From positions 1 to 62,066 of the forward strand of contig JBAXKC010000013.1 of the NCBI GenBank assembly GCA_037137535.1: DNA of 62,066 nucleotides, written 5' to 3'. Positions 19,562 to 30,135 of the stretch are shown here, piece by piece. Position numbers and translations under genes: made by a program. The DNA is from a bacterium. GTDB lineage: Bacteria; Cyanobacteriota; Vampirovibrionia; Gastranaerophilales; JBAXKC01. How positions within the stretch are numbered: the first letter of the stretch is position 1; each line of letters opens with the position of its first letter. The notes beneath the pieces are model-generated. The model made no database searches, was not told the origin of the DNA, and saw only the letters and a program-made list of their open reading frames with translations.

Positions 19562-20221
19562 TTAGAACTGTTGTGGAGCTGTTGGATGACTGTTTGCTGT
19601 TGTTGTATTTTTTGATGTCTCATCAACGAAGCTTAAGAATAATAGTTTAAGCAATTGGAAATCATCTTCATATCTTCTTACAACTGAGTGGAAAGAGTTA
19701 TTAAAGATAACAGCAATAATAGCAACTCCAAGACCGAAAGCTGTCGCAATAAGTGCTGAGCCAATACCCATAGCTACAGCAGCACTTTGGTTTCCTTGTT
19801 GAGCTAAGTCCTGGAAAGTATAAAGAATTCTTACAACTGTCCCAAAAAGACCTAAAAATGGAGCAACAGCACCGATTGTACCGAGAATGGTCAAGTGTTT
19901 TTCCAGTTTTCTTACGGCTAAATTTGTTGAAATATCAAATGAAGTTGAAAAATCACCTTTTTGTTCTGATAAGACTCTAACACCTTCTTCTGCGACTTCT
20001 CCGATAACTCCGCCGAGTTGTGAACTTAGGTTTTGAGCACCATCAAGGTTACTTCTTTGAATTTCTTTTTGTAGTCTGTGAATAAACTGAACAATATCTC
20101 TTTTGTTATTTTCATAAAAAGAAAATCTGTTTATAACAACTGCTATAACAAGCAGTGAGCAAAGTAAAATTGGTAATAATACCGGCCAGTCAACTGAAAT
20201 TGAATGAAGTAAAAGTTCCAT
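19562..20221 (-). CDS. exbB: ExbB/TolQ proton channel
   Basis: LGTIGAVAPFLGLFGTV and GIGSALIATAFGLGVAI motifs. Confidence 0.9.
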   Translation of the reverse strand: MELLLHSISVDWPVLLPILLCSLLVIAVVINRFSFYENNKRDIVQFIHRLQKEIQRSNLDGAQNLSSQLGGVIGEVAEEGVRVLSEQKGDFSTSFDISTNLAVRKLEKHLTILGTIGAVAPFLGLFGTVVRILYTFQDLAQQGNQSAAVAMGIGSALIATAFGLGVAIIAVIFNNSFHSVVRRYEDDFQLLKLLFLSFVDETSKNTTTANSHPTAPQQF

Positions 20222-20269
20222 TTTTGTATATACCTCTCTTTTTAAAATTTGTTACGTTAATTTTATAAT

Positions 20270-21397
20270 TTATCTTCTAATTCCGCCAAAAGCATTGTAA
20301 TCAAATGTAAATTGAATATCTATATCATTTTCTCTATAAGCAGGAGGTAAAGGCCTAAATGGAGCTGATAATTCTACTGCTGACATAGCTGCTCTATCTG
20401 CTTCAGGTGAACCTGAGCCTCTTACAATCTTATGAGAGATAAGTCTGCCATCTTTTGCAATCTTAAAGAACATTACTACTCTTTTACTTGCATCATCTCG
20501 TGGTGGACTCCAGTTCCGTTTAATTCTACTTTGTAAGGCTCTCATGTATGGACCAAAATCCACATCTCTAGCTGAATCTATCCCTGAACCATTTGCTAGA
20601 CCTCCAGCATCAGGATTTCCCACGCTTCCACGATTGCCGGGAGCGTATGAACTTGGATTTCCGCCTTTATATCTTGAAGTTCCGTTGCCGCCATTTCCCA
20701 TAATCGGATTTGGAGATGATGAACTTCCTGAAACACCCATTGGACCAGTGGTAACGGGACCACCTTTATAGGAGTGAGATTTTATACTTCTTGCTTTTGG
20801 CGGACCTGACGGAATACTTAATGAATGAGGTCTCGGTGGTGCTAATTCATTTCGGAATGTAGCATCAGGAACAGGTCTTTTAGGACGTGGCGGTGATATG
20901 TCTACACTCCTTTTTGGTTGTGTAGGCTCAAATAACCTTTTGAATATATTTTGCTGCTGCTGTCTTTGTTTTGCAACAACCCTATGTTTTGGTGCTGATG
21001 AAGAAGCACTTTGTGCTTTACTTCTTTTTGTTTGTGCTTCTGCTTCAGCCACAGGTTTTCTCTTATCGTGTTTTCCTGCCGCTCTGCTATTTCTGTCAGA
21101 TCTGTTTTTTGTTCTTTTATTGATTGGTGTTTGCTCTTGCTTATTAACGAGAACAAACTCAATATCTCTTGTTTTAGTTTCGGGAGGCTTAAACTCAAAT
21201 AAATTAAGCCCAAGAAATGCTAAAAGAAAAAGAATTAGAGAAATAACAATTGGAAGTATTATATGAATAACTATCCCTATTAAGACACCCAGCCAAATAG
21301 GAATTCCATTATCTTCATTTGTATAGGTTTTGGGTAGTCGGAATTTTTCTTCTTCTGAAAGGTTATTTTGTTTGTCTTTATTCCCCAAAGTATTCAT
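20270..21397 (-). CDS. tonB: TonB/TolA-family energy transducer
   Basis: N-terminal TM containing His, long Pro/Gly/Arg-rich linker, C-domain DFGPYMRALQSRIKRNWSPP...APFRPLP...IQFTFDY. Confidence 0.85.
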   Translation of the reverse strand: MNTLGNKDKQNNLSEEEKFRLPKTYTNEDNGIPIWLGVLIGIVIHIILPIVISLILFLLAFLGLNLFEFKPPETKTRDIEFVLVNKQEQTPINKRTKNRSDRNSRAAGKHDKRKPVAEAEAQTKRSKAQSASSSAPKHRVVAKQRQQQQNIFKRLFEPTQPKRSVDISPPRPKRPVPDATFRNELAPPRPHSLSIPSGPPKARSIKSHSYKGGPVTTGPMGVSGSSSSPNPIMGNGGNGTSRYKGGNPSSYAPGNRGSVGNPDAGGLANGSGIDSARDVDFGPYMRALQSRIKRNWSPPRDDASKRVVMFFKIAKDGRLISHKIVRGSGSPEADRAAMSAVELSAPFRPLPPAYRENDIDIQFTFDYNAFGGIRR

Positions 21398-21448
21398 TTC
21401 TATTTCCTACTTTTATCAATTAACTGCTATTGTCTTTATTGGAATATA

Positions 21449-21478
21449 AAAAGGGTTGACGGTTAAATCAACCCTTTT
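21449..21478 (-). terminator. Rho-independent terminator
   Basis: AAAAGGGTTGA...TCAACCCTTTT hairpin after the 21490-22248 gene. Confidence 0.7.
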
Positions 21479-21489
21479 CTGTTTTTATC

Positions 21490-22248
21490 TTAGTAGCCTG
21501 CACCTATGTTTACAGGAGTATCAAGTTGAATTTGGAAACTTGAAGGTATTACTGCATCTACACCTTTTTTAAGTGCATTTGAAAATAATCCTGCACCTGC
21601 ACCTACCGCAGTTCCATAAACAGCACCTCTGCCTACATGCCCACCGGCCATTGGGCCTAATGCCGTACCTGCAACTGCACCTATAGCTGTGCCTGCAATT
21701 GTATTTTTAGCAATTGATGCCGCCATAGATTTACCGGTTCCTCCTTTAAGGATTCCTGTTCCATCCTCAGTTGCTATTTTAGCGGTTATTGGGAATCTTT
21801 GACCGTTTGGAGTTGTAGCTGAATTAAATATTACTCCAAGTTGTCCGTTTCTTGCAAAACCGCCTGCTTTTGTCAATGAAGTAACCTGTCCTTCAACAAG
21901 AGTTCCTGCAGGAAGAACCACGTTTCCGTTTCCGCCTATAACATCATTGCCTAATATTGCTCTTACTGGCATGCCAATAGCTGAGTTTGCACTACTTACC
22001 ATTCCTGAAATACTAGCACTCATCATGGTACCTGCCGATACACTTGCTACGCTTCCACGTAACGGTTGCATTTGTTGGTAGCCTTGATAGTTTGGTTGGT
22101 AGCCACCATATTGATTTGTTGTATTTTGTTTTCCATAGTCATAACCTTTATATTGGTTATAATTTTGAGCCATTGCCGGATTAATTGAAGTAATAGCTAT
22201 TGCTGTTAATATAACTGCTGCTACTCCTGCTTTTCTTTCTTTACTCAT
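21490..22248 (-). CDS. Exported protein with VirB10/TrbI-like beta domain and glycine zipper
   Basis: Signal peptide (AMA-Q), Q/Y-rich linker, AGT...SS...G.PVRA...D...VLPAGTLVEGQV pattern, GAVAG/GAGAG zipper; ATG at 22248 follows AAGGAG. Confidence 0.65.
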   Translation of the reverse strand: MSKERKAGVAAVILTAIAITSINPAMAQNYNQYKGYDYGKQNTTNQYGGYQPNYQGYQQMQPLRGSVASVSAGTMMSASISGMVSSANSAIGMPVRAILGNDVIGGNGNVVLPAGTLVEGQVTSLTKAGGFARNGQLGVIFNSATTPNGQRFPITAKIATEDGTGILKGGTGKSMAASIAKNTIAGTAIGAVAGTALGPMAGGHVGRGAVYGTAVGAGAGLFSNALKKGVDAVIPSSFQIQLDTPVNIGAGY

Positions 22249-22448
22249 TTTTCGACTCTCCTTCTTGCTTTTAGCCAAGTTTATAATGAATTGAATATAG
22301 GTTCAATTGCCTTATCTACTCATTTTAATGATAACATATTACCATAATTCAACAAAAAATATTATCTACAAATATTGTTCTATTGGCACTTATGGTTATC
22401 TATTATTAATACGATCAGTTTCTATATTTAGTTCATTTTAATTTTAAA

Positions 22449-23054
22449 TTAATTTTCTTCGTCATCAATAACGTCAATTTTTACAGGTTTATCAAGGATA
22501 ATAGTCCATTCGCTTCCAGCCTGCATTTCTGTTTCAGCCCCCATTTTGCGTGGTCCGTATTTGACAACTCTTTTGCAGTTTCCAATACCTTCAGCATATA
22601 TTGGCACAAGTCTTTGACCTATTCTATCGGTCATTTCACCGCCTATTATTCCATCGTTGCTTTTATTGCTAAATCTACCCGTTATATTAATAAGATCGCC
22701 TTCAGGTAAAATTAATTTTTCAAATACAAATTGTATAAGACTATTTCTGCCGTAGGCAGGTCTTTCGATTCTTACTACTTTTCCAATTATTCTTGTGTAT
22801 TTTGGAAAACATACATAATCTTTAAATTGGATATCCATTGGCATTATAAGTTCAACAGGGTCGCCAAGTTTATTTTCTGCTGTTGATATACTGTTTTGTA
22901 ATATCCCTCTAAATAATGTTCCCGCAGGAAAACTAACCGTAATTAGTTCTTTATCTCTTTCCATTGTCGGATAGTTGTCCGCAATAGCAGGATTATAAAA
23001 GTTAATTATGGTGAAAATTATAAGTAAAAATATTAATTTAAAATGTTTATTCAT
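22449..23054 (-). CDS. Exported protein with VirB10/TrbI-like domain, paralogue of the downstream gene
   Basis: Signal peptide (AIA-D); FPAGTLFRGILQNSISTAENKLGDPV...FPKYTRIIGKV...LDKPV pattern. Confidence 0.6.
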   Translation of the reverse strand: MNKHFKLIFLLIIFTIINFYNPAIADNYPTMERDKELITVSFPAGTLFRGILQNSISTAENKLGDPVELIMPMDIQFKDYVCFPKYTRIIGKVVRIERPAYGRNSLIQFVFEKLILPEGDLINITGRFSNKSNDGIIGGEMTDRIGQRLVPIYAEGIGNCKRVVKYGPRKMGAETEMQAGSEWTIILDKPVKIDVIDDEEN

Positions 23055-23122
23055 TTTCAATCTGTTAATAATAAGTAACTCTTTAATTATTATATTGAAT
23101 TTTTTAGTTATATCAATAATTC

Positions 23123-24019
23123 TTATTTTTTTAATATTAATATTGTTTTATCGGAATAAGCTGATGTTTTACTGCTTACACTCCCTAATAGCCAGCCGGA
23201 AAAGGCTGTTTTACCTCTTGAGCCTACAACGGTCAGGTCAACATTTTCTTTTTTAGCTTCTTCTATTATTGTTTCTGCTGCATCACCTTCTATATGGTAT
23301 TTTTTGTCGATATTTGCATGTCGTTTCATGAGGTTTAATGCTACTTTATTTATAGTTTCCTTTGCCGCATTGTCAATGGCATCTTTTATTCTTTCAATAT
23401 CACTATAAATAAAAGCATCGGCAGGGATGGTGCTGTATATGTCGGGAGTTACGTTTATAACTGAAAATCTTGCTCGTTTAAGGTCAAGTATATCTGTTAT
23501 TTTTTCAATCATTTTATTGTGAAATTCAGAGTTATCAACTGCAAATAAAACTTTAAATTCTTTATTTGCGGTCAGTTTTTTTTCTATATTTAAATTTTTA
23601 ACTATCAGTACAGATGCTTTTGAATGAAGAGAAACTTTTTGGCTTACACTTCCGAGTAAAAATCGTTCAAGATTGCCTTTGTTGTGAGAGCCAACTACAA
23701 TTAAGTCATAATTGCCGCTATTTACCGTTTTAATTATTTCATCAGCAGCATTGCCTTCTTTTGTTATTAATTCTTTATATTTATAACCTTCATTTATTAT
23801 GTAATTCTCTAATTCTTTAATATTGCCCTGTTTGCATTCGTGCTCTATATAAAGCTCCGGAGCTGTATTATAAATTTCTTCGTCTGCTATTGATAAATGA
23901 GTTATTTTAATAAGTGATATTTCTGCTTTTTCTTTATTAATAATACTGAAAGTGCTTTCTATTATATGTTTTGCTAGTGTTGGCTCATCAATTGCTATTA
24001 ATATTTTAGTTGCTTTCAT
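23123..24019 (-). CDS. Tandem-domain universal stress protein
   Basis: Two USP domains: DLIVVGSH...LLGSVSQKV and DLTVVGSRG...LLGSVSSK. Confidence 0.92.
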   Translation of the reverse strand: MKATKILIAIDEPTLAKHIIESTFSIINKEKAEISLIKITHLSIADEEIYNTAPELYIEHECKQGNIKELENYIINEGYKYKELITKEGNAADEIIKTVNSGNYDLIVVGSHNKGNLERFLLGSVSQKVSLHSKASVLIVKNLNIEKKLTANKEFKVLFAVDNSEFHNKMIEKITDILDLKRARFSVINVTPDIYSTIPADAFIYSDIERIKDAIDNAAKETINKVALNLMKRHANIDKKYHIEGDAAETIIEEAKKENVDLTVVGSRGKTAFSGWLLGSVSSKTSAYSDKTILILKK

Positions 24020-24189
24020 TTTAATGTCTCCAATTATCTGCCAATACCTTATTATTATTTATTTTTAGACGTATATAATTAGCTGATAAGAGTTAGCCGT
24101 TAAGGTTATTTAATAATCAATCTATTTTAAAAAAGTTATCTTTGTGTCTTAATATTTAGTATCTCATTCATTATAGAAAGGAATATAAA

Positions 24190-24879
24190 GTGAAAGCTCG
24201 TGCAGTTGCCAGAGAATTAGCGCTAATCTCATTCACATGGTTAAATAAAGAAATTAATAAATTATCCGAAATCTCACTAGATGAAATTATTGTAAATTCT
24301 GTGAGAACCTTGAAAAATATGGCTGAAAATGAATTAAAGTATACTGTTGGCAGTTTAATGGAAATAAGAGATTATATTCAGCAATATGAGCTTGAACATC
24401 CAAATAATCTTAAAACTCCCGTTGATTTTGCAACAAAGCCGGTTGTTATTCCTTTAACTTCTGATATGTTAGGGAGAATGGACACTCTTATTGATGTTGC
24501 GGAAAAATCATATAATGCTTTAGAAATGGCTGAATTTACCGCTCTTTCTAATTCAACTACCGTAAAAGATTATGTTGAGCGTATTATGTCAAGTTTTATT
24601 GATAATAAAGCTGAAGTTGATAAACAGATAGCTGATAATTCAAAAGGCTGGGGAATTGACAGACTCGTTAAAATGGATAGAGATATATTAAGAATTGCAA
24701 TTACGGAACTTCTTTATTTAGAAGATATTCCTGTTGCTGTAACAATTGATGAAGCTGTTGAATTAGCCAAAAAATATAGTACAGAAGAAAGTTCTTCATT
24801 TATTAACGGTATTTTAAGAGAAGTTGTAAAAGGTAACGATATCGTAAAGGTTAAACCTTCAGCAGCAAAAAAGCACTAA
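24190..24879 (+). CDS. nusB: Transcription antitermination factor NusB (long form with internal insertion)
   Basis: RAVARELAL, DRDILRIAITE and IDEAVELAKKYS...SFINGIL motifs. Confidence 0.93.
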   Translation: MKARAVARELALISFTWLNKEINKLSEISLDEIIVNSVRTLKNMAENELKYTVGSLMEIRDYIQQYELEHPNNLKTPVDFATKPVVIPLTSDMLGRMDTLIDVAEKSYNALEMAEFTALSNSTTVKDYVERIMSSFIDNKAEVDKQIADNSKGWGIDRLVKMDRDILRIAITELLYLEDIPVAVTIDEAVELAKKYSTEESSSFINGILREVVKGNDIVKVKPSAAKKH

Positions 24880-24912
24880 AAGAAAAAGTAAAAAATTGCT
24901 TTGGAGGATAAA

Positions 24913-25911
24913 ATGCTTAACTTTTTTAAGAAAAATCCAAAAGAACAACAAGAAAATGAAATTATAGAAACTCAATCCGAACAACCTTTTGAAGAAAAAG
25001 GTTTTTTCGGTATGAGTGTATCTTCTTTTAAAGACGCAATTTCTAAGACGGGCGAAAGTCTTGTTGGCGGAATTGCTGAAGCTATAGGTGTTAACGCTGA
25101 AATAGATGAAGATATTCTTGATGAGATAGAAGAAAAACTGTTAAAAGCTGATTTGGGGCTAGATGCTACTGTTTTTATAACTGATAGAATTAAGCAGAAC
25201 AAAAAAAACTTAAATGCTTCAAATATAAATGCGTTTTTAAAAAATGAATTTACTACAATTCTTAACAATGCAGGGGCTAATTCTTTAAATATTAAAGAAA
25301 ATAATTTGAATATTATTTTAATTGCAGGCGTAAACGGTGCAGGTAAAACTACTTTAATAGGTAAACTTGCTTATAGATATAAATCTTTAGGCAAGAAAGT
25401 TGTTGTTGCAGCTGGAGATACTTTTAGGGCTGCGGCTGAAGAACAACTTGAAATTTGGACAAAAAGAGCAGGAGCTGAAATTATCAGAAAAGATGGAGCT
25501 GATCCAGCCTCTGTTGTGTTTGATGCAATTAAATATTCAGAAGCGAATAATGCCGATATTCTTCTTGTTGATACAGCAGGAAGACTTCAAAATAAATTTA
25601 ACCTTATGGAAGAATTAAGGAAAATTAAAAAAATTATTGATCGTGAAGCTCCCGAGAAATTAGTAGAATCTATTCTTGTTCTTGATGCTACAACTGGTCA
25701 AAATGGACTAAAACAGGCAGAAGTCTTTAAAGAGGCTATCCAGATTTCATCGGTCGCACTTACAAAGTTAGACGGTACATCAAAAGGCGGGGTAATTGTT
25801 TCTATTGCAAAAGATCACAACTTGCCTGTTAAATTAATTGGTGTTGGTGAGAAAATGGAAGATTTAAGAGATTTTTCTCCTGAAGTATATGTTAATGCTT
25901 TGTTTGATTAG
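24913..25911 (+). CDS. ftsY: SRP receptor FtsY
   Basis: GVNGAGKTT, DTFRAAA, DTAGR and TKLDGTSKGG motifs; ATG follows GGAGG. Confidence 0.95.
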   Translation: MLNFFKKNPKEQQENEIIETQSEQPFEEKGFFGMSVSSFKDAISKTGESLVGGIAEAIGVNAEIDEDILDEIEEKLLKADLGLDATVFITDRIKQNKKNLNASNINAFLKNEFTTILNNAGANSLNIKENNLNIILIAGVNGAGKTTLIGKLAYRYKSLGKKVVVAAGDTFRAAAEEQLEIWTKRAGAEIIRKDGADPASVVFDAIKYSEANNADILLVDTAGRLQNKFNLMEELRKIKKIIDREAPEKLVESILVLDATTGQNGLKQAEVFKEAIQISSVALTKLDGTSKGGVIVSIAKDHNLPVKLIGVGEKMEDLRDFSPEVYVNALFD

Positions 25912-25925
25912 TTTGGGGATAAAAT

Positions 25926-27311
25926 ATGTTTGAAACTTTATCAGAAAAATTGCAGGATGTTATAAAAAACGCACAGGGTGCAAAAACTTTAAATGAGGAT
26001 AACATTCAGGAGGCATTAAGGGAAGTTAGAAGAGCACTTCTTGAGGCTGATGTAAGTTTAAGAGTTGTAAAAGCTTTAATTTCTAATATAAAAGATAAGG
26101 CGTTAGGCGAAGATGTTTTAAAAAGTCTTTCTCCTGGAGATCAGCTTGTAAAAGTCGTTTACGATGAGCTTACAGCTTTAATGGGCGGAGAGCATAAACC
26201 TCTCTCCACCGAAGGTAACCCGAATATTATTATGATGTTAGGCTTGCAAGGTTCAGGTAAAACTACTACCGCTGCTAAACTTGCTGTAAGACTTAGAAAA
26301 TCAGGTAGAAATCCTTTGCTGATTGCAGCTGACGTATATAGACCCGCTGCTGTTGCTCAGTTGATATCATTAGGTAAGCAGGTAAGTGTTCCTGTATATT
26401 CTATCGATGATTCTAAAGATGTAAGAAATATTGTAACAACAGGTCTTAATTTTGCAAAAGAACATGGTCATAATACTGTAATTATTGATACAGCGGGACG
26501 TTTGCAAGTTGATACAGATATGATGGCAGAAATTCTTTTATTAGACAGAATGCTTGAACCAGCTGAAAAATTACTTGTCATTGATGCGATGACAGGCCAG
26601 GAATCTGTTCATGTTGCCGAATCCTTCAATGAACAAATTGGTGTAACTGGAATTGTTTTGACAAAGCTTGACGGTGATGCTCGTGGTGGTGCGGCGTTAA
26701 GTGTTGCACATGTTACTGGTAAACCTGTAAAATTCGCGGGTATGGGCGAAAAAATGGATGCTCTTGAACCGTTTTATCCTGAAAGAATGGCTCAAAGAAT
26801 TTTAGGGATGGGCGATGTTCTCAGCTTAATCGAGAAAGCACAAGAAAATTTTGATGTTGATCAGGCAAAGGAAATGGAAAAGAAGATGAGAAAGAAGGAG
26901 TTTTCTATTGAAGACTTCATGAAACTTCAAAAGCAAATGAAAGCTTTGGGTTCTCTTGATCAAATTCTTGGAATGTTACCTATTCCAGGTATTTCAAAAG
27001 GTGATAAAGAACAGTTGGCTGTTGCAGGCGAAACTCAAATGAAAAGAATTGAGTCAATGGTTAACAGTATGACTATTAAAGAAAGACAAAAACCTGAAAT
27101 AATCGATTTTAGCAGAAGAAAAAGAATTGCAAACGGTTGTGGAGTAACTGTTGAAGAATTAAATAAATTCTTAAAAGAATTTGAAAATATGAAAAAGATG
27201 ATGAAGAAAATGACAGAAATGACTGATTCTTTTAAGAAAAACCCAGGTAAAATGAAATTGCCGCCAGGGTTTAAAAATCAGTTTAAAAATCAATTTCCAC
27301 CAAAATTTTAA
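25926..27311 (+). CDS. ffh: Signal recognition particle protein Ffh
   Basis: GLQGSGKTT, DTAGR and TKLDGDARGG motifs; Met-rich M domain. Confidence 0.96.
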   Translation: MFETLSEKLQDVIKNAQGAKTLNEDNIQEALREVRRALLEADVSLRVVKALISNIKDKALGEDVLKSLSPGDQLVKVVYDELTALMGGEHKPLSTEGNPNIIMMLGLQGSGKTTTAAKLAVRLRKSGRNPLLIAADVYRPAAVAQLISLGKQVSVPVYSIDDSKDVRNIVTTGLNFAKEHGHNTVIIDTAGRLQVDTDMMAEILLLDRMLEPAEKLLVIDAMTGQESVHVAESFNEQIGVTGIVLTKLDGDARGGAALSVAHVTGKPVKFAGMGEKMDALEPFYPERMAQRILGMGDVLSLIEKAQENFDVDQAKEMEKKMRKKEFSIEDFMKLQKQMKALGSLDQILGMLPIPGISKGDKEQLAVAGETQMKRIESMVNSMTIKERQKPEIIDFSRRKRIANGCGVTVEELNKFLKEFENMKKMMKKMTEMTDSFKKNPGKMKLPPGFKNQFKNQFPPKF

Positions 27312-27325
27312 TATTTTTTAATTTA

Positions 27326-27358
27326 TTGACTTTTTTCTTTATCTTTTTGTTATTATAT
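27326..27358 (+). promoter_or_regulatory. Probable sigma70-type promoter for rpsP
   Basis: TTGACT followed by a TG-extended TATTAT-like -10 element upstream of rpsP. Confidence 0.4.
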
Positions 27359-27468
27359 TACATGTCCGTCGGAAGACATTTAATCCTCTATATTTCAAAG
27401 AGATAAAACTCTGGGAATTAAGAAAGACTTAATTATAAAAATACTTTCAGTTAAGGAGATATAGAAAA

Positions 27469-27741
27469 ATGGTAAAAATTCGTTTAAAAAGATTAGGCCG
27501 TAAAAGAAACCCGATTTATAAAATTGTGGTTATCTCTAGCCAAAGCAAAAGAGAAGGTGATGCTCTTGAGTTCTTAGGTAACTATGAGCCAAAGACAAAA
27601 TTATTAACTCTTAAAAAAGCTGAAGCTTTAGAGTGGCTTAAAAAAGGTGCTCAACCTACAGATACAGTTAAGTATCTTATCGAAAATTCAGATGATAACG
27701 GTAACTTAGTAAGAAAAGAAAAACAAGAAACAGTTGCTTAG
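27469..27741 (+). CDS. rpsP: 30S ribosomal protein S16
   Basis: MVKIRLKRLGRKRNPIYKIVV and WLKKGAQPTDTV motifs. Confidence 0.97.
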   Translation: MVKIRLKRLGRKRNPIYKIVVISSQSKREGDALEFLGNYEPKTKLLTLKKAEALEWLKKGAQPTDTVKYLIENSDDNGNLVRKEKQETVA

Positions 27742-27760
27742 TTATTAACAAAATCATTAT

Positions 27761-27794
27761 AAAAAGCAGAAACAATTAAGTTTCTGCTTTTTTT
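27761..27794 (+). terminator. Rho-independent terminator after rpsP
   Basis: AAAAAGCAGAAAC...GTTTCTGCTTTTTTT. Confidence 0.8.
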
Positions 27795-27966
27795 AGTGTT
27801 TTTGTTTGTTTTAATTCCTCTATATCCTTGATATAACTGTCATATATTGATTTGAAAACTGAAACAATTCTGCAATAATTCTGAAATAATTCTGTTAAAA
27901 AGTATTGTTAATATAGTAATAATTGATTTAGTGCTGTTTAGAATTAGTGGAAGTGTGGAGTTAAGT

Positions 27967-29637
27967 ATGAGATATTTTAACGACCTTAAAACAAGTTGTA
28001 AATTGAATTTACTTATTTCAATTATGTTGTTTTTTATTATTTGCGTGGGGTCTATCGGTTATTATTATAGTAATGAGTGTGGACAGTCTGCTCAATATAT
28101 TTATCAAAACAGATTATTAGGCGTAAAGTATATTAATGAAGTGCGGACTCATCAACGTGCCAATGAAGCTAATTTGCTAAAATTAATTTTTATTACTGAT
28201 TCAAAAGCCCAAAGAGATAAATATCTTTCGGATATAGACTATAGAGTTAAAGAAGCACATAACTCTTTTGATAACTATAAGAAATTAAATTTATCAGCAA
28301 AAGAAAAAAATTTAATTAATGAATATAATAATATTTATCCCCAATATGTAAGTTTAAGAAAAGATATTGTTTCTTCAGTAGTTAATCATAAAACACTTCA
28401 GGCTCATCATCTTTTTGATAAAGCAGAACCATTATATGCTGATATGGCTGATGTTTTAAAGCAATTAGCCGCTATAAATGACAAGGAAGCTTTAAATTTA
28501 GCTGTTTTAAGTAAGCAGAATGTTGAAAATGCAAAACATTATATTATTGGTTTAATTCTCTTATGTTCAATTATTTCAATATCAATTGGTTTTTATATAT
28601 CACATAGCATAAAGAACATACTTGAACTGCTTCAAGATAAAATGAAAAAAATTTCAGATGGTAATTTACAGCTTAGCAAATTTGGGCATATCTCTCGTTG
28701 TGACTTAGGTGAGATTTGCGACTCGTTTGACATTATGTATGAAAATTTGAAAAATTTAGTATCTGAAATAGTAGAAAGTACAGCTGATATTTCTTCTTGT
28801 ACTCAACAAATTTCGGCTGCCTCAGAACAAACTGCTCAAGGAGCTCAAAGTATTTCTGATAATATTGTCGCAATTACGGGCGGAAATGTACTTAGTTCAT
28901 CCAATTCATCAGATATTAATAATATAAGTTATATAAATACGGCAATTCAGACTATTTCTGATAGCACAAATGAAACTATTTCTATATCAGGAGATACTGA
29001 AAAAAATGCAAGTGATAGTTGTAATCAGGCTATAACAGCAATTGAAAAAATTAATATGATTAAAGAAACAACAAATAAAACTTCCTTAACGATAAACGAT
29101 TTAGGTCTGCTTGGATCTCAAATTGAAGTTATTGTTGAATTGATTAAGCAAATTGCAGGTCAAACAAATCTACTTGCTCTTAATGCTGCTATAGAAGCCG
29201 CTCGTGCCGGAGAACATGGTAAAGGATTTGCTGTTGTTGCAGAAGAAGTTAAAAAGTTAGCAACAGAATCGGCTCAGGCTACGGATAAAATAAACTCTAT
29301 TATTAAAGAAGTTCAGGTCAAAACTAATATCGCAGTTAAATCTGTAGATGAAGAAGTGCAAATTGTTGCTGAGGGTGTTGAAATTATAAAAAATATTGAA
29401 AAATCCTTAAAGGTTATTTTAAGTGCTTCTAAAAACACATCCTCTTCTGTTAAAGATGTATCTAACGAGATTAAAAGAATTTCTCACAGTACAGATAATG
29501 TCTCAAGAACAATGGAGGATATTTCAGCTGTTACAGAAGAGCAATCAGCAGGTTTACAAGAGATAAGCGCAAGCACTCAATCATTGGCAAGACTTGCCGA
29601 GACTTTGCGACTAAAAGTAGAGGTATTTAAAGTTTAA
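27967..29637 (+). CDS. Methyl-accepting chemotaxis protein (4HB sensor, HAMP, signalling domain)
   Basis: Two TMs; [37 protein letters not shown] signature; ATG follows GGAG. Confidence 0.93.
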   Translation: MRYFNDLKTSCKLNLLISIMLFFIICVGSIGYYYSNECGQSAQYIYQNRLLGVKYINEVRTHQRANEANLLKLIFITDSKAQRDKYLSDIDYRVKEAHNSFDNYKKLNLSAKEKNLINEYNNIYPQYVSLRKDIVSSVVNHKTLQAHHLFDKAEPLYADMADVLKQLAAINDKEALNLAVLSKQNVENAKHYIIGLILLCSIISISIGFYISHSIKNILELLQDKMKKISDGNLQLSKFGHISRCDLGEICDSFDIMYENLKNLVSEIVESTADISSCTQQISAASEQTAQGAQSISDNIVAITGGNVLSSSNSSDINNISYINTAIQTISDSTNETISISGDTEKNASDSCNQAITAIEKINMIKETTNKTSLTINDLGLLGSQIEVIVELIKQIAGQTNLLALNAAIEAARAGEHGKGFAVVAEEVKKLATESAQATDKINSIIKEVQVKTNIAVKSVDEEVQIVAEGVEIIKNIEKSLKVILSASKNTSSSVKDVSNEIKRISHSTDNVSRTMEDISAVTEEQSAGLQEISASTQSLARLAETLRLKVEVFKV

Positions 29638-29694
29638 TTTGTTTAATAAAAACAATTGTTTAAATTAATTTAGAAGGAATGAGGAAATAGTATT

Positions 29695-30120
29695 ATGGAA
29701 AACACTCTTAATTTGCTTGTTTTAGAAGCAGGTAGCGTTGAATTTCTCGTACCACTTGATTTTGTAAAGGAAATAATCAGTTTTGATTTTACTGAATTTG
29801 AGCAATCTGGAACAGACTTTATTAAATTAAGAGGTGAACGTATAAGATTTTATGACCTGAAAAATGAAGTTAATTTAAAGACTGAAGATATGAAAATCAG
29901 CTTAGCTAAAGTTATTTTGATTTTAAAGATTGATAGTTACAATGTGGCTGTATTGGTTAATAAAGTATCAGATATTATTAGTGTCAATTCAGATAAACAA
30001 ATTTATGATTTCAATGTTGATTTTGATAATCATTACATTAAATCAATGATTAAAATAGATGAAAGAAATTTATATCTTTTAAATGAATCATTATTTTCAA
30101 GAATTGCAGTTCCTTTTTAG
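29695..30120 (+). CDS. cheW: CheW-like coupling protein
   Basis: F-VPL--VKEII, IKLRGERI and AVLVNKVSDII patterns; follows the MCP. Confidence 0.72.
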   Translation: MENTLNLLVLEAGSVEFLVPLDFVKEIISFDFTEFEQSGTDFIKLRGERIRFYDLKNEVNLKTEDMKISLAKVILILKIDSYNVAVLVNKVSDIISVNSDKQIYDFNVDFDNHYIKSMIKIDERNLYLLNESLFSRIAVPF

Positions 30121-30135
30121 TAAAAATAAACAAGG

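Noticed and set aside
18687-20221. ExbB/ExbD as a MotA/MotB stator for the basal-body cluster
   Set aside because: Motifs are ExbB/ExbD type, there is no OmpA-like peptidoglycan-binding domain, and they are operonic with tonB
27270-27295. Short tandem repeat TTTAAAAATCA in the ffh 3' end
   Set aside because: Encodes the low-complexity FKNQFKNQ tail, typical of variable Ffh C-termini
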